Shown: in pieces, positions 29,912-40,162 of the stretch
How positions within the stretch are numbered: position 1 is the first letter of the stretch
Layout of the letters: each line of letters opens with the position of its first letter
Notes under the pieces: generated by a model
What the model saw: the letters and a program-made list of their open reading frames with translations, nothing else
What the model was told of the DNA's origin: nothing
Database searches by the model: none
Position numbers and translations under genes: made by a program
Assembly (NCBI GenBank): GCA_030529385.1
Contig: JAUMWY010000001.1
Span: 24,479 to 88,478 of the forward strand
Length of the DNA stretch: 64,000 nucleotides
Reading direction: 5' to 3'
From: Candidatus Saccharimonadota bacterium
GTDB taxonomy: Bacteria; Patescibacteriota; Saccharimonadia; Saccharimonadales; Saccharimonadaceae

Positions 29912-30438
29912 TATAAATTCCTCAGAATGGCCTGTAGCGATTTATCTTTACCGTACCCCACCCAGCGGTCGTGATCGTCATCATGATCATCGTCATCGTC
30001 AATCTCTACGAAAGTACTCTGCAACGTAACGCCATACCTTTGGCGCAGATCCTGACGGCTATCATAGTCAACTTTTAAAATTTGTACATCGTAAGGGATG
30101 GTGCTTTCACGTAACACTTTATCAAACGCTTGGCACTCGCCACACCACGGTGCATGGAAGAAAAGAATCGTCTTATCATAACGCAACGCCATACGCTGAT
30201 CCCTATAATCGCCGTAAAATCCAGCCGGCTTAGCAGAAGGAGTAGTCGCAGCAGGCGGTGTTTGTGTGGTTGGCGCCGGTGTTTGCGGCGATGTAGTGGA
30301 TGGTCGTGAGGCAGCCGTCTCTGTTGACGGCGCAGCTGCCTGCGGGGTTGGCTGCTGCCTCGTTACCACCCACGCCGTTACGCCAGCGGTCGCCGCGATA
30401 AGTACTACTGCTCCGATAATAAATTTCGCATACTTCAT
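29911..30438 (-). CDS. Membrane-anchored thioredoxin-family protein
   Basis: N-terminal TM, Pro/Thr linker, FFHAPWCGEC, KVDYD, YGVTLQSTFV. Confidence 0.85.
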   Translation of the reverse strand: MKYAKFIIGAVVLIAATAGVTAWVVTRQQPTPQAAAPSTETAASRPSTTSPQTPAPTTQTPPAATTPSAKPAGFYGDYRDQRMALRYDKTILFFHAPWCGECQAFDKVLRESTIPYDVQILKVDYDSRQDLRQRYGVTLQSTFVEIDDDDDHDDDHDRWVGYGKDKSLQAILRNL

Positions 30439-30459
30439 ATGCTTAGTGTATCACATCGT

Positions 30460-30570
30460 TTGACGAGACGCCACCACCCTGCTATACTTAACCCACTATG
30501 ACTACGCCCTACAAAAGAGCGGCAGTCATCTCTTTTGACCAATACCCTAACCGCAAAAAGGAGTCTTTCT
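30460..30570 (+). promoter_or_regulatory. Promoter and structured 5' leader of ABC exporter
   Basis: TTGACG 30460-30465, 17 bp, TG-n-TATACT 30483-30488; leader with competing inverted repeats. Confidence 0.6.
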
Positions 30571-32331
30571 ATGGCGAAACAAAATAATCGAGACATCATT
30601 CAGCTGTTCTGGCGCGCTTCTGCACCGTATGCATGGCGCCGCAACGGAGCGATTTTATTGGCTGCCATTACCTTTGGTGTGGCGATGTTTGTTGGCCCGC
30701 TGATTATTGCGCGTTTACTTGAGGGTATTCAGCACGGCAATCTTGATGCGCTATGGGTATTGGTTGCCGCTTATGCCGGTAGCCGACTCTGGTCTGAGGT
30801 TATTGGCTGGCGTGTTGTGCTCTACCTGGTGTGGACTTTTGAAACTGCCATGCAGCGCGATTTGTACCGGCAAATCTTCACCAAACTCACCAACGAAACA
30901 ATGTTTTTTCACTCCAACAAATTTAGCGGCTCACTCGTTAGTCAAACCAGCAAACTCACCGGTGCCGCCGAACGATTTTGGGATTTAATCATTTGGTCTA
31001 TATTACCGCTCATTTTGTCGCTGGCCGGCTCAATTATTATCTTATCTACGCTGCTATGGCAATATGCGGTCTTCCTGGCAATTGTTGCTATCATTTTCAC
31101 CACTGTCGTCTATTTCGGCTCGCGACCAATGGCCACACTCACCCGCCGCGAAGCAAAAATGAGCAACAAAATGAGCGGGCACTTAGCTGATGCTATGGCA
31201 AACATCATGACCATCAAATCATTTGGCAATGAAACCAGCGAGCTCCAAGCCTTTTCGCGGCGCGTGTCAGCCTGGCGGCGTTCATCGCTGGACATTATGC
31301 GCGGCTTTCTTAAAGTCAGCACCGCCTACGCCAGCATCAATGTAACGCTACAGATCGGCGCCATCGCTTTCGCAGTCTATGCCGCTCAGTACAACCTAGT
31401 ATCCGTTGCGGCAGTCTATCTGATCATCACCTACACCGGCACTGTTGCGCGCGAACTTTGGGGCATGAACGGCATTATGCGCACCTACAACAGCATTGTC
31501 GGCAATGCTCGTGAAATGACGGATATCTTGGCGAAGGAGACGACCATTACCGATCAAAGTACTGCGGCGTTAACCGCTACCAAGGGTGCGATTGCTTTTG
31601 ATAACATTACCTATACTCATGATGAGGGCGATGGCGCGACGCTGTTTCGTGACTTTTCGCTACACATTCAGCCCGGTGAGAAAGTTGGGCTAGTTGGGCT
31701 GTCGGGGTCTGGCAAAACGACGCTAACCAAACTGCTACTGCGCTTTGCCGATATTGATAGCGGAGAAATCACCATTGATGGGCAAAATATTGCCGCGGTT
31801 TCTCAGGTGAGCCTGCGCTCGCACATCGCTTATGTGCCGCAAGAACCGCTGCTGTTTCATCGCTCAGTGCGGGAGAATATTGCTTACGCCAAAGAGGATG
31901 CGACCGAGGAGGATATTATTGCGGCGGCCAAAAAAGCGGGAGCATATGATTTTATTACGGAGCTGCAAGATAGATTTGATACCAAGGTTGGTGAACGCGG
32001 CGTGAAGCTGAGCGGCGGGCAGCGGCAGCGGATTGCCATTGCCCGGGCTATTCTGAAAGATGCGCCAATTTTAGTGCTGGATGAAGCGACATCAGCTCTT
32101 GACTCTGAATCAGAAAAGTTGATTCAAAAGTCGCTAGCAACGCTGATGAAGAATCGCACCGCTATTGTCATCGCTCACCGTCTGTCAACTATCGCAAAGC
32201 TTGATCGGATTGTTGTGATGAAGGATGGGGCAATCATTGAAGACGGCACGCACGATGAGCTAATTAAAAAACGCGGCGGCGCCTACGCTAAATTATGGAA
32301 GCACCAATCGGGTGATTTTATTGAGGAGTAG
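30571..32331 (+). CDS. ABC exporter, fused permease/ATP-binding protein
   Basis: 6-TM domain, GLSGSGKT, YVPQE, LSGGQRQR, LDEATS, IAHRLST; AAGGAG RBS. Confidence 0.93.
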   Translation: MAKQNNRDIIQLFWRASAPYAWRRNGAILLAAITFGVAMFVGPLIIARLLEGIQHGNLDALWVLVAAYAGSRLWSEVIGWRVVLYLVWTFETAMQRDLYRQIFTKLTNETMFFHSNKFSGSLVSQTSKLTGAAERFWDLIIWSILPLILSLAGSIIILSTLLWQYAVFLAIVAIIFTTVVYFGSRPMATLTRREAKMSNKMSGHLADAMANIMTIKSFGNETSELQAFSRRVSAWRRSSLDIMRGFLKVSTAYASINVTLQIGAIAFAVYAAQYNLVSVAAVYLIITYTGTVARELWGMNGIMRTYNSIVGNAREMTDILAKETTITDQSTAALTATKGAIAFDNITYTHDEGDGATLFRDFSLHIQPGEKVGLVGLSGSGKTTLTKLLLRFADIDSGEITIDGQNIAAVSQVSLRSHIAYVPQEPLLFHRSVRENIAYAKEDATEEDIIAAAKKAGAYDFITELQDRFDTKVGERGVKLSGGQRQRIAIARAILKDAPILVLDEATSALDSESEKLIQKSLATLMKNRTAIVIAHRLSTIAKLDRIVVMKDGAIIEDGTHDELIKKRGGAYAKLWKHQSGDFIEE

Positions 32332-32377
32332 CCTCCCTGACACTTGCGACCCATGGGTTATGCTATAATGAGTACTC

Positions 32378-33031
32378 ATGGAAGCATTCATTCATCTCAT
32401 CACTGGTTTTGGCGTGTTAGCAATTTTGTTTGTCGTGTTTGCCGAATCAGGTTTATTGTTCGGTTTTATTTTCCCGGGAGACAGCCTGCTGTTTACCGCC
32501 GGAGCAATGGTACAGCAAGGCATCCTGCCGATCAACATTCACCTCTTCGTCTTTCTGCTTATTATTGCCGCCATCGCCGGCGATACCGTCGGTTATACCT
32601 TTGGCCACAAAGTCGGCCGTAAATTATTTGAGCGCGAAAACTCTCGCTTTTTCAAGAAAAAATACCTGCAGCAAGCCGAAAAATTTTATGAAAAGCACGG
32701 ATCTCTCACTGTGGTGCTAGCACGATTTGTACCAATCGTCCGCACTTTTGCGCCAATTGTTGCCGGCGCTAGCAAAATGCACTACCGCACCTTCGTAGCC
32801 TACAATATCATCGGCGGCATCGTCTGGGCGACCATTTTCACCTACCTGGGCTTCTTCGCCGGCAAGGCGTTGACCGAGGCTGGCATTAACATTGAAGTCG
32901 CCGCGCTGATTATCATTTTCCTATCAATCCTGCCAATGATTATTCACGCCCTGAAGCAAGAAAACACCCGCGCAGCCATCAAGCGACAATGGGAAGTATT
33001 GGCAGCGAAAACCACGCGGCGCAAGAAGTAG
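32378..33031 (+). CDS. DedA family membrane protein
   Basis: FAESGL..GFIFPGDSLLF.AG, ARFVPIVRTFAP..AG. Confidence 0.93.
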   Translation: MEAFIHLITGFGVLAILFVVFAESGLLFGFIFPGDSLLFTAGAMVQQGILPINIHLFVFLLIIAAIAGDTVGYTFGHKVGRKLFERENSRFFKKKYLQQAEKFYEKHGSLTVVLARFVPIVRTFAPIVAGASKMHYRTFVAYNIIGGIVWATIFTYLGFFAGKALTEAGINIEVAALIIIFLSILPMIIHALKQENTRAAIKRQWEVLAAKTTRRKK

Positions 33032-33179
33032 GCTCCATTGTTTCTCGCGCGATCTATTGACTTTTGTTTCTATTATTGATATATATATATCAGCTTTTCA
33101 GTCAGAAAAGGCCCGCTCGTCAGACGGAATCTGACTTGATTGGTGCGACTGAAAGGTTGCACCGGAAAGGGGTTGTATA

Positions 33180-33473
33180 ATGACAACCCATCAGCAAATA
33201 ATTTCAATTGATCAGCTCGGTAAGCTCATCTCAGCTTGGGTGACCAAAGAAGAGATTAATATGAAAATTATTTCAGGAGAGGTCATTGAAGGAATTATCG
33301 TTTCCCTTCGCCTAAGGGCCTCCGATGATCAAAATAGTCCCCGTGTTGTTGTGGTAAATATCGCAAAGGGTAATCAATTAACTTTTGCTACACTTCTTCT
33401 CGCCAAAAAAGATCGGCAGGAAGATCACAGACAACAACATGGCTGGATCCCTAAAGGCCAAGGAGGATTTTAG
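33180..33473 (+). CDS. Hypothetical protein (AT-rich)
   Basis: 97-aa ORF with upstream TTGACT promoter candidate, purine-rich RBS-like tract and downstream hairpin. Confidence 0.45.
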   Translation: MTTHQQIISIDQLGKLISAWVTKEEINMKIISGEVIEGIIVSLRLRASDDQNSPRVVVVNIAKGNQLTFATLLLAKKDRQEDHRQQHGWIPKGQGGF

Positions 33474-33489
33474 TTTGGTCTAACGGTGC

Positions 33490-33520
33490 GGGGCGGGACG
33501 GCACATCGTCGTCCCGCCCC
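33490..33520. terminator. Strong GC hairpin between convergent ORF and uvrA
   Basis: ggggcgggacg ... cgtcccgcccc perfect 11-bp stem. Confidence 0.6.
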
Positions 33521-33565
33521 AACTCACAACTCTGAATTTACACTCCGCCTTACTTGGCGGTCTTT

Positions 33566-36382
33566 TTACGCCTTTAGCACTTGCCGTAGATAGACACCCG
33601 TCGGCGAATTCGTCGTCGCTACCTGCTCTGACGTGCCCTGAGCCACCACGATGCCACCACCCTGGCCGCCCTCTGGCCCCATATCAATAATCCAGTCAGC
33701 TGATTTGATAACATCAAGATTATGCTCAATAATAATCATCGTATTGCCACCCTCCACCAGCTGCTGCAAAATCCCCAGCAGACGCTTGACATCCGCCGAG
33801 TGCAGGCCGGTTGTCGGCTCGTCCAGAATATACATCGTCTTGCCCGTTGAACGCTTTGACAGCTCCGTTGCCAGCTTAATACGCTGCGCCTCACCGCCCG
33901 AAAACGTCGTAGCTGGCTGACCAAGCCGAATATAGCCCAGTCCGACCTCCGCCAATGTTTGCAATTTACGGGCGATACCCGGCACGCTATCAAAGAACTC
34001 GGCCGCTTGCTCCACTGTCATTTCCAAAATGTCAGCAATCGTCTTATTTTTATATTTAATTTCCAGCGCCTCACGATTATACCGCTTGCCGTGACACTCA
34101 TCACACGTCACGTAAACATCGGGCAAAAAATGCATCTCAATCTTAATTGAGCCATCACCCTGACAATGTTCGCAGCGCCCGCCCTTCACATTAAAACTAA
34201 ACCGACCAGCCTTATAACCACGGACGTTGGCTTCTGGCGTGGCAGCAAACAGCTCGCGAATTGGTGTAAAGATGCCGGTGTAGGTGGCGGGGTTGGAGCG
34301 TGGTGTGCGGCCAATTGGTGATTGATCAATAACGATTGCTTTATCAAGCAATTCAATTCCGTCGATGCGATCATGTTCACCTGGCACCTCCGTCGAGCGG
34401 TTGAGCCGCGCCGCTAACTCTTTGGCGACAATATCATTCACCAGCGTCGATTTGCCGCTGCCCGACACGCCCGATACCACCGTCATTACGCCCAGCGGAA
34501 ACCGCACGTCAATATTTTTCAAGTTATTTTCGCGCGCGCCTCGCACCACCAACTGTCGATCTTTCATGACCGTGCGGCGCTTTTTCGGCACAGCAATCTT
34601 CTCCGCACCCGACAAATACCGCCCCGTGATGCTCTCAGCATGAGCCGCCACCTCGTCTGGCGTGCCTTGCGCCACCACTCGCCCGCCGGCCGAGCCAGCA
34701 CCTGGCCCCATATCAATCAAATAATCACTCTGGCGAATCGTATCCTCGTCGTGCTCCACCACCAGCACCGTGTTGCCCAGATCACGCAGATGATGCAGCG
34801 TACTAATCAGCCGGTCGTTGTCACGCTGATGCAGGCCAATCGACGGCTCATCCAGCACATACAGCACGCCCTGCAGCCCCGAGCCAATCTGCGTCGCCAA
34901 GCGAATGCGCTGCGCCTCGCCGCCACTCAGCGTGTTGGCCGCCCGGCCTAGCTCCAAATAACTCAGTCCCACATTATTCATAAAGCCCAATCGCGCCGTA
35001 ATCTCCTTCAGAATCAGCCGCGCAATGGTCATCTCCTGCTCAGTAAGTTGCAATTTATGCGTAAATAAATCCAGCGCATCCGCCACACCCAAATCACAAA
35101 CATCCATAATATTCAGGCCGTGCACCGTCACCGCCAGCACCGCCGGCCTGAGACGCGCGCCTTTACACACAAAACAGTCGCGCTGCCGCATAAACCGCTC
35201 GATATCTTTGCGCATAAATTCACTATCGGTCTCTTTCCAGCGCCGCTCCAGGTTCGGAATCACTCCCTCGTAGGTCGTATCATAATGCCGCCCGCTGCCC
35301 AGCTCAATACGATATCTCTGCTCGCCCGTACCGTACAGCACTTTGTGGCGCGCCTCATCCGACAACTCGCCAACCGGCGTGCGTACACTAAAGCCATGCG
35401 CCTCGGCCACGGCGGCGATTTTCTTCATATAGAAATTATCGGTATTCACGCGGTTATATGGCCGAATTGCGCCTTCGGCAATGGTCAAATTCAAGTTAAA
35501 CACCAGCCCCGGGTCAACCTCCAGCCGACTCCCTAATCCCGTACAGCTTGGACAAGCCCCCTGCGGCGCATTAAAACTAAACAATCGCGGCTCTAGTTCC
35601 GGGATATCCTCTTCCGGATGATCAACACAGGCATAGCGCTGTGAAAAGGTCTTTAGTTCATCCGTGTCGGCGTTCAGCACCTCAATTACACCCTGGCCCA
35701 GTTCCAGCGCCTGCTCCACGCTCTGCGTCAGACGGGTGAGTAGCGATTCACTGAGCGCCAAGCGATCTACCACCAGCTCAATCGAGTGCTTGTAACTTTT
35801 CTGCAACTCCGGAAATTCATCCAGCGCATACACCACGCCGTCTACTCGCACCCGAGCATAACCCAGCCGACGATACTGCTCTGGAATATGAGCAAATTCA
35901 CCCTTTTTATTTTTGACAATTGGTGCCAGCAGCAGAATGCGCTGTCCGTCGTACTGCTTGGCGATTTCCTGCACAATCGCTTCAGCCGTCCGCCGCGTCA
36001 CCTCCGCCCCACAAGCCGGACAATGTGGCACACCAATGCGCGCAAACAGTAGGCGCAGATAATCGTAAATCTCGGTTACCGTCGCCACCGTCGAGCGTGG
36101 ATTGCGACTGGTGGATTTTTGGTCAATGGAAATGGCTGGGCTCAGGCCCTCGATGCTATCAACATCTGGCTTATCCATAATACCTAAAAACTGCCGGGCA
36201 TAACTCGACAGGCTCTCCACATAGCGACGCTGTCCTTCGGCGTAAATCGTATCAAACGCCAGACTGGATTTGCCCGAACCGCTTAGCCCCGTAATCACCA
36301 CTAATTTGTCGCGCGGAATTGCCACATCGACATTCTGCAGATTGTGCTCACGGGCACCTTTGACTCGAATCACCTCTGGCAT
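33566..36382 (-). CDS. uvrA: Excinuclease ABC subunit A
   Basis: [21 protein letters not shown], two LSGGEAQRI-type signatures, zinc fingers. Confidence 0.98.
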   Translation of the reverse strand: MPEVIRVKGAREHNLQNVDVAIPRDKLVVITGLSGSGKSSLAFDTIYAEGQRRYVESLSSYARQFLGIMDKPDVDSIEGLSPAISIDQKSTSRNPRSTVATVTEIYDYLRLLFARIGVPHCPACGAEVTRRTAEAIVQEIAKQYDGQRILLLAPIVKNKKGEFAHIPEQYRRLGYARVRVDGVVYALDEFPELQKSYKHSIELVVDRLALSESLLTRLTQSVEQALELGQGVIEVLNADTDELKTFSQRYACVDHPEEDIPELEPRLFSFNAPQGACPSCTGLGSRLEVDPGLVFNLNLTIAEGAIRPYNRVNTDNFYMKKIAAVAEAHGFSVRTPVGELSDEARHKVLYGTGEQRYRIELGSGRHYDTTYEGVIPNLERRWKETDSEFMRKDIERFMRQRDCFVCKGARLRPAVLAVTVHGLNIMDVCDLGVADALDLFTHKLQLTEQEMTIARLILKEITARLGFMNNVGLSYLELGRAANTLSGGEAQRIRLATQIGSGLQGVLYVLDEPSIGLHQRDNDRLISTLHHLRDLGNTVLVVEHDEDTIRQSDYLIDMGPGAGSAGGRVVAQGTPDEVAAHAESITGRYLSGAEKIAVPKKRRTVMKDRQLVVRGARENNLKNIDVRFPLGVMTVVSGVSGSGKSTLVNDIVAKELAARLNRSTEVPGEHDRIDGIELLDKAIVIDQSPIGRTPRSNPATYTGIFTPIRELFAATPEANVRGYKAGRFSFNVKGGRCEHCQGDGSIKIEMHFLPDVYVTCDECHGKRYNREALEIKYKNKTIADILEMTVEQAAEFFDSVPGIARKLQTLAEVGLGYIRLGQPATTFSGGEAQRIKLATELSKRSTGKTMYILDEPTTGLHSADVKRLLGILQQLVEGGNTMIIIEHNLDVIKSADWIIDMGPEGGQGGGIVVAQGTSEQVATTNSPTGVYLRQVLKA

Positions 36383-36433
36383 ATCGTGAATAGTATACCG
36401 TAATTGACGGTTTTTTTCCAGTCTATACAGTGT

Positions 36434-37375
36434 CTACCGGCCCGACCGCCACGCCGCAATACCGGCAACTATCAATATTGGCGGAATGATGTACGCCAAT
36501 GAACTTTTCACGCTCTGGGGGAATAACAAAACAAGCACCATCGCCATACCGCCCATTATTAGCATTACCCCGCTAAGAAAGTGCGGTGCTGCTATTTTAC
36601 GCCCCCATAGTACGACGGGCGCACCATTCACAAAACTTCGCTTCATATGACTAAACGGCCCCTGTATTGAGCGATTCTGTTGCAGTCGCTGCAAATAGAG
36701 CAATTGTTCGCGCAGCGCCTGGACGGCATCCCTCATTACATCAGGATGATAGAGTGAGTCACGCGTCATGAGAATCAACTCGTTATCAAATAGCTCAACA
36801 TCAAAACGATGCGATGAACGGACCAGCATATCCATCATGTTCGGCGCCAACAGCACTCGCACATCAATCGGCGCATCTTGTACAGCGTATAGTTCAAAAT
36901 AACGAGGAAAGTCACCTTCTAATGTTACCCTGTAGCGCTCACCATACGAAGCGCGGACACTCCCCTCGTTTTGGTAGTCATTTTTGTTTGAATCGAGCAG
37001 TATGTGTGGATGAGCAACCGGCAAGTGTACTCTAATAATACCTTTCACTAGCGACTCATCCCGTCGGCCTGTCATATCAGTAATCGCAGCCATTTCCGTC
37101 ATCTCAAACATCTCAATAGGCAACCCCATATAGTAACCGCTAATATGGTGACTCACTCGCTTACCACTTGCCAGCGCCCCTTCAAAACCAAACCAGGCTG
37201 GACTATCACCCAAATCATACCGCGGCAGCACACCTTCAGCCCGTTGCGCATAAAGAAAGCCATTATCCCGGGCGAATGTCGCCACCGCCTGTGACAGCAG
37301 ATGCTCGTCAGCAGCCACAGCACTCTGCGCCAGCGGCAGTAGTGCAGACAGATTTAATTCGCTATGCAATTCCAT
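36434..37375 (-). CDS. Hypothetical membrane protein (2 C-terminal TM); paralog of 22373..23356
   Basis: PHILLD, TLEGDF.RYFELYA, LAPNMM, FDVEL. Confidence 0.7.
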   Translation of the reverse strand: MELHSELNLSALLPLAQSAVAADEHLLSQAVATFARDNGFLYAQRAEGVLPRYDLGDSPAWFGFEGALASGKRVSHHISGYYMGLPIEMFEMTEMAAITDMTGRRDESLVKGIIRVHLPVAHPHILLDSNKNDYQNEGSVRASYGERYRVTLEGDFPRYFELYAVQDAPIDVRVLLAPNMMDMLVRSSHRFDVELFDNELILMTRDSLYHPDVMRDAVQALREQLLYLQRLQQNRSIQGPFSHMKRSFVNGAPVVLWGRKIAAPHFLSGVMLIMGGMAMVLVLLFPQSVKSSLAYIIPPILIVAGIAAWRSGR

Positions 37376-38774
37376 CTGGCATTACCCTTTCTAACCATAA
37401 CTGCAATTCCTGCAACATAAATTCATCAGCGCCCTGCTCTGCTAGTGTCCGCAGTGCCTGTACAAATCCTGGGAGCTGCCCTTTGAGCCGCTCAGTGCGC
37501 CAGGCTTCCCATTCAGCTAGTTCAGATTCGGTCAAACTGCGCGGGAAATTGCGCGCCTTATAATGTAGCAGCAACCCCGGCAGCCGCTCATCCTGAAACT
37601 CAGGGTGAAAATCAGCCAAAGCCTTAGCATCAGCACTCCGCACCGCCGCAATCCGCACCTTGTCGCCATCAGGCACAAAACTGTCGTATAGCTGCGCCTC
37701 TGGATCAGTTGACGAGGCAAATCCTGCTCGGCCCTCAAACGCTGTCCGCAGCCGCTCGGCAAAATCAGGATGCGCCAGCAATATATTCTGATGCTTTTTC
37801 ACCGTGGCTGCATCCAGCCCAATCTTCTCCCAGCCATCCGCCTGCTCCAGCACGCCGACCGGCGCCACCGCTGGACAACGATTATACTGCAGCTGCTTGA
37901 CCGGTACCGGCTGAAAATCTTCAGCCTGCCGCTCCTCCCATGAGGCGAAGAGCCGCGCCGCCAGTTCATCAACGCTCAACTCAAGAAACGGCGCTGGATC
38001 GTGTCGTAAATCATACACCAACACATTGCCATGCGGCGCCGTACTCAACGGAAAGGCCACTGTCGTCTTAGCAAACTCCTTGTCATACCGCCCGCTCGTG
38101 TAAACAAATGGCTTTTTATCCTCTACATTCACCAACGCCTGCACCGCCTTTTTATCGCGCATTTTCAGCAGATACGCAAATAGCTGCGGCTGCTTGTCTT
38201 GTATTAATTTCGCCACCGCAATCAACGCATTAACATCACTCAGCGCATCATGGGCATTTTCATGGCTGATGTCATTGGCTTTGGTAATCAGCTCCAGACG
38301 ATTAGTCGGCTCGCCGTTATCATCAACCGGCCATTCAATTCCCTCCGGCCGAAGCGCCCGTGTCATGCGCACCACATCCAGCATATCCCAGCGACTACGC
38401 CCATCTTTCCAGGCCCACTCATACGGATCGTGAAAATTCCGCCACAGTAAATGCCGCATGAACTCATCATCAAACCGCACCGAGTTAAAACCAACAATGA
38501 TAGTATCCGGAGTAAACAATTCTTCAGTCACGATGCGCGCAAACTCGGCTTCAGTATAGCCCTCCTCAATAGTTTTTTGCGGCGAAATCCCCGTCACCAT
38601 CAGCGCCCCGGGGCTCGGCAGAGTGTCGTCATTTAATTGCACCAATAGATTCACCGGATCGCCAATTGGCCGCAGCTGCATATCCGTCCGCTGGCCAGCA
38701 AACTGCATAATCCGATCCTGCCGGGCGTTTAATCCACTGGTCTCCAGATCGTAAAAGAAAAATGTCTGCGCCAT
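37362..38774 (-). CDS. sbcB: Exodeoxyribonuclease I
   Basis: FYDLETSG, QFAG.RTD, GFNSVRFDDE, RPEGI.WP, AHDALSDV, YKARNFP. Confidence 0.93.
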   Translation of the reverse strand: MAQTFFFYDLETSGLNARQDRIMQFAGQRTDMQLRPIGDPVNLLVQLNDDTLPSPGALMVTGISPQKTIEEGYTEAEFARIVTEELFTPDTIIVGFNSVRFDDEFMRHLLWRNFHDPYEWAWKDGRSRWDMLDVVRMTRALRPEGIEWPVDDNGEPTNRLELITKANDISHENAHDALSDVNALIAVAKLIQDKQPQLFAYLLKMRDKKAVQALVNVEDKKPFVYTSGRYDKEFAKTTVAFPLSTAPHGNVLVYDLRHDPAPFLELSVDELAARLFASWEERQAEDFQPVPVKQLQYNRCPAVAPVGVLEQADGWEKIGLDAATVKKHQNILLAHPDFAERLRTAFEGRAGFASSTDPEAQLYDSFVPDGDKVRIAAVRSADAKALADFHPEFQDERLPGLLLHYKARNFPRSLTESELAEWEAWRTERLKGQLPGFVQALRTLAEQGADEFMLQELQLWLERVMPDGIA

Positions 38775-38793
38775 ACCCCTCCTTTTGTGATGA

Positions 38794-40104
38794 CTATTGT
38801 TCAACCAGCGTCAATTCGCTGTCGCCAATCCGCACCAGACTCTCGCCCACCGCTCCCTGACGAATCAGCTCATGCGTAATCCCCATTTTCTTCATAATGT
38901 CACGCAAGCGATTAACTGCCTCATATTGCTCAAAATTCGTCCGCCGAGCAAATTTCTCAATCTTCGCGCCCCGCACCATAAAGACGGCAACCGGTTCGCC
39001 CTCATCATTCACTTCATCAGCCATTCGCTCCACCGTCCAGGCGTCAGCCAGCTGATCCGCGCCCAGTGAAATCACCGGCAATTCATCGCCAGCCTCCTCG
39101 GCTACTTCAGCCTCCTGCACTCGATACTCCACTACCGCCTGACGCAGCAATCGCAACGCTTCTTTGACGCCTGCACCCGATTGCGACGACAGCGCCACTA
39201 TTGGCGCACCATTCGTCACTCGCTGTAGCGCCGTCGACTGCATCGCGATAATTTCACCATCCAGCCCCTCGCACTTCGTCAAGGCAATAATTTCTGGCCG
39301 CGCCGCCAATTCCGCCGAATATTTTTCTAATTCCCGGCGAATCGTCAGGTATTTCTCTGCTGGATCATCGCTATAGGCGTCAATCATATGCAGCAACACC
39401 GCCGTACGCTCGACGTGGCGCAGGAACTGATCGCCCAGACCTTTACCTTCTGACGCCCCTTCAATCAGCCCCGGAATATCCGCAATCAGCAAACTCCCAT
39501 CATCAACATCGGCCACCCCCAGGTTCGGCGTTAAGGTGGTAAATTCATAATTAGCAATCTCTGGCCGAGCATTTGACACCACACTAAGGAATGTTGATTT
39601 ACCGGCATTCGGGAAGCCGACCAGCCCGACATCCGCCAGCAATTTCAGCTCTAACTCCGCCTCAAATGCATCACCGTCCTCACCCAGCTCCGCCATGCGC
39701 GGCGCCTGGCGTGTACTGGATTTGAAATGGGCATTACCAAAACCGCCGTCGCCGCCCCTAGCCACAACCACCTCTTGCTCATCCTTAGTTAAATCCGCCA
39801 CCACCAAACCGTCGCGCTTCACCACCGTACCGATCGGCACCGCCACCACTAACGCCTGACCACTACGACCGCGTTTATCGCGCTTCGCACCATCCGCACC
39901 ATTTTCCGCCGCCAACTCTGGCTTATAGCGAAACTTCAGCAGGGTGTTAAGTCGCTTGGTGGCCTTAAACACCACATCACCACCCCGACCACCATCGCCA
40001 CCGTCCGGACCACCCTTATCAACATATTTTTCATGCCGAAAACTGACTGCGCCATTGCCGCCGCGGCCGGCTTTTACAAATACTTTCGCAATATCAACAA
40101 ACAT
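38794..40104 (-). CDS. obgE: GTPase ObgE
   Basis: Gly-rich Obg domain, GFPNAGKST, FTTL.PNLG, DIPGLIEGA, C-terminal OCT domain. Confidence 0.97.
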   Translation of the reverse strand: MFVDIAKVFVKAGRGGNGAVSFRHEKYVDKGGPDGGDGGRGGDVVFKATKRLNTLLKFRYKPELAAENGADGAKRDKRGRSGQALVVAVPIGTVVKRDGLVVADLTKDEQEVVVARGGDGGFGNAHFKSSTRQAPRMAELGEDGDAFEAELELKLLADVGLVGFPNAGKSTFLSVVSNARPEIANYEFTTLTPNLGVADVDDGSLLIADIPGLIEGASEGKGLGDQFLRHVERTAVLLHMIDAYSDDPAEKYLTIRRELEKYSAELAARPEIIALTKCEGLDGEIIAMQSTALQRVTNGAPIVALSSQSGAGVKEALRLLRQAVVEYRVQEAEVAEEAGDELPVISLGADQLADAWTVERMADEVNDEGEPVAVFMVRGAKIEKFARRTNFEQYEAVNRLRDIMKKMGITHELIRQGAVGESLVRIGDSELTLVEQ

Positions 40105-40118
40105 AGCTCCAGTATAGC

Positions 40119-40147
40119 AAAAAGCGCCCCGTGATAACAGGGGCGCC
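40119..40147 (-). terminator. Intrinsic terminator after the LysM-CHAP gene
   Basis: Minus strand gcgcccc...ggggcgc followed by TTTTT. Confidence 0.75.
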
Positions 40148-40162
40148 GATGCGGCATACATT

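Noticed and set aside
29968-30002. Asp/His micro-repeat (DDDDHDDDHD) in the thioredoxin
   Set aside because: Short low-complexity expansion; no evidence of function from sequence alone
33140-33175. GAAA hairpin as group II intron domain V
   Set aside because: No AGC/CGC catalytic triad or bulge geometry, no domain VI, no reverse transcriptase ORF
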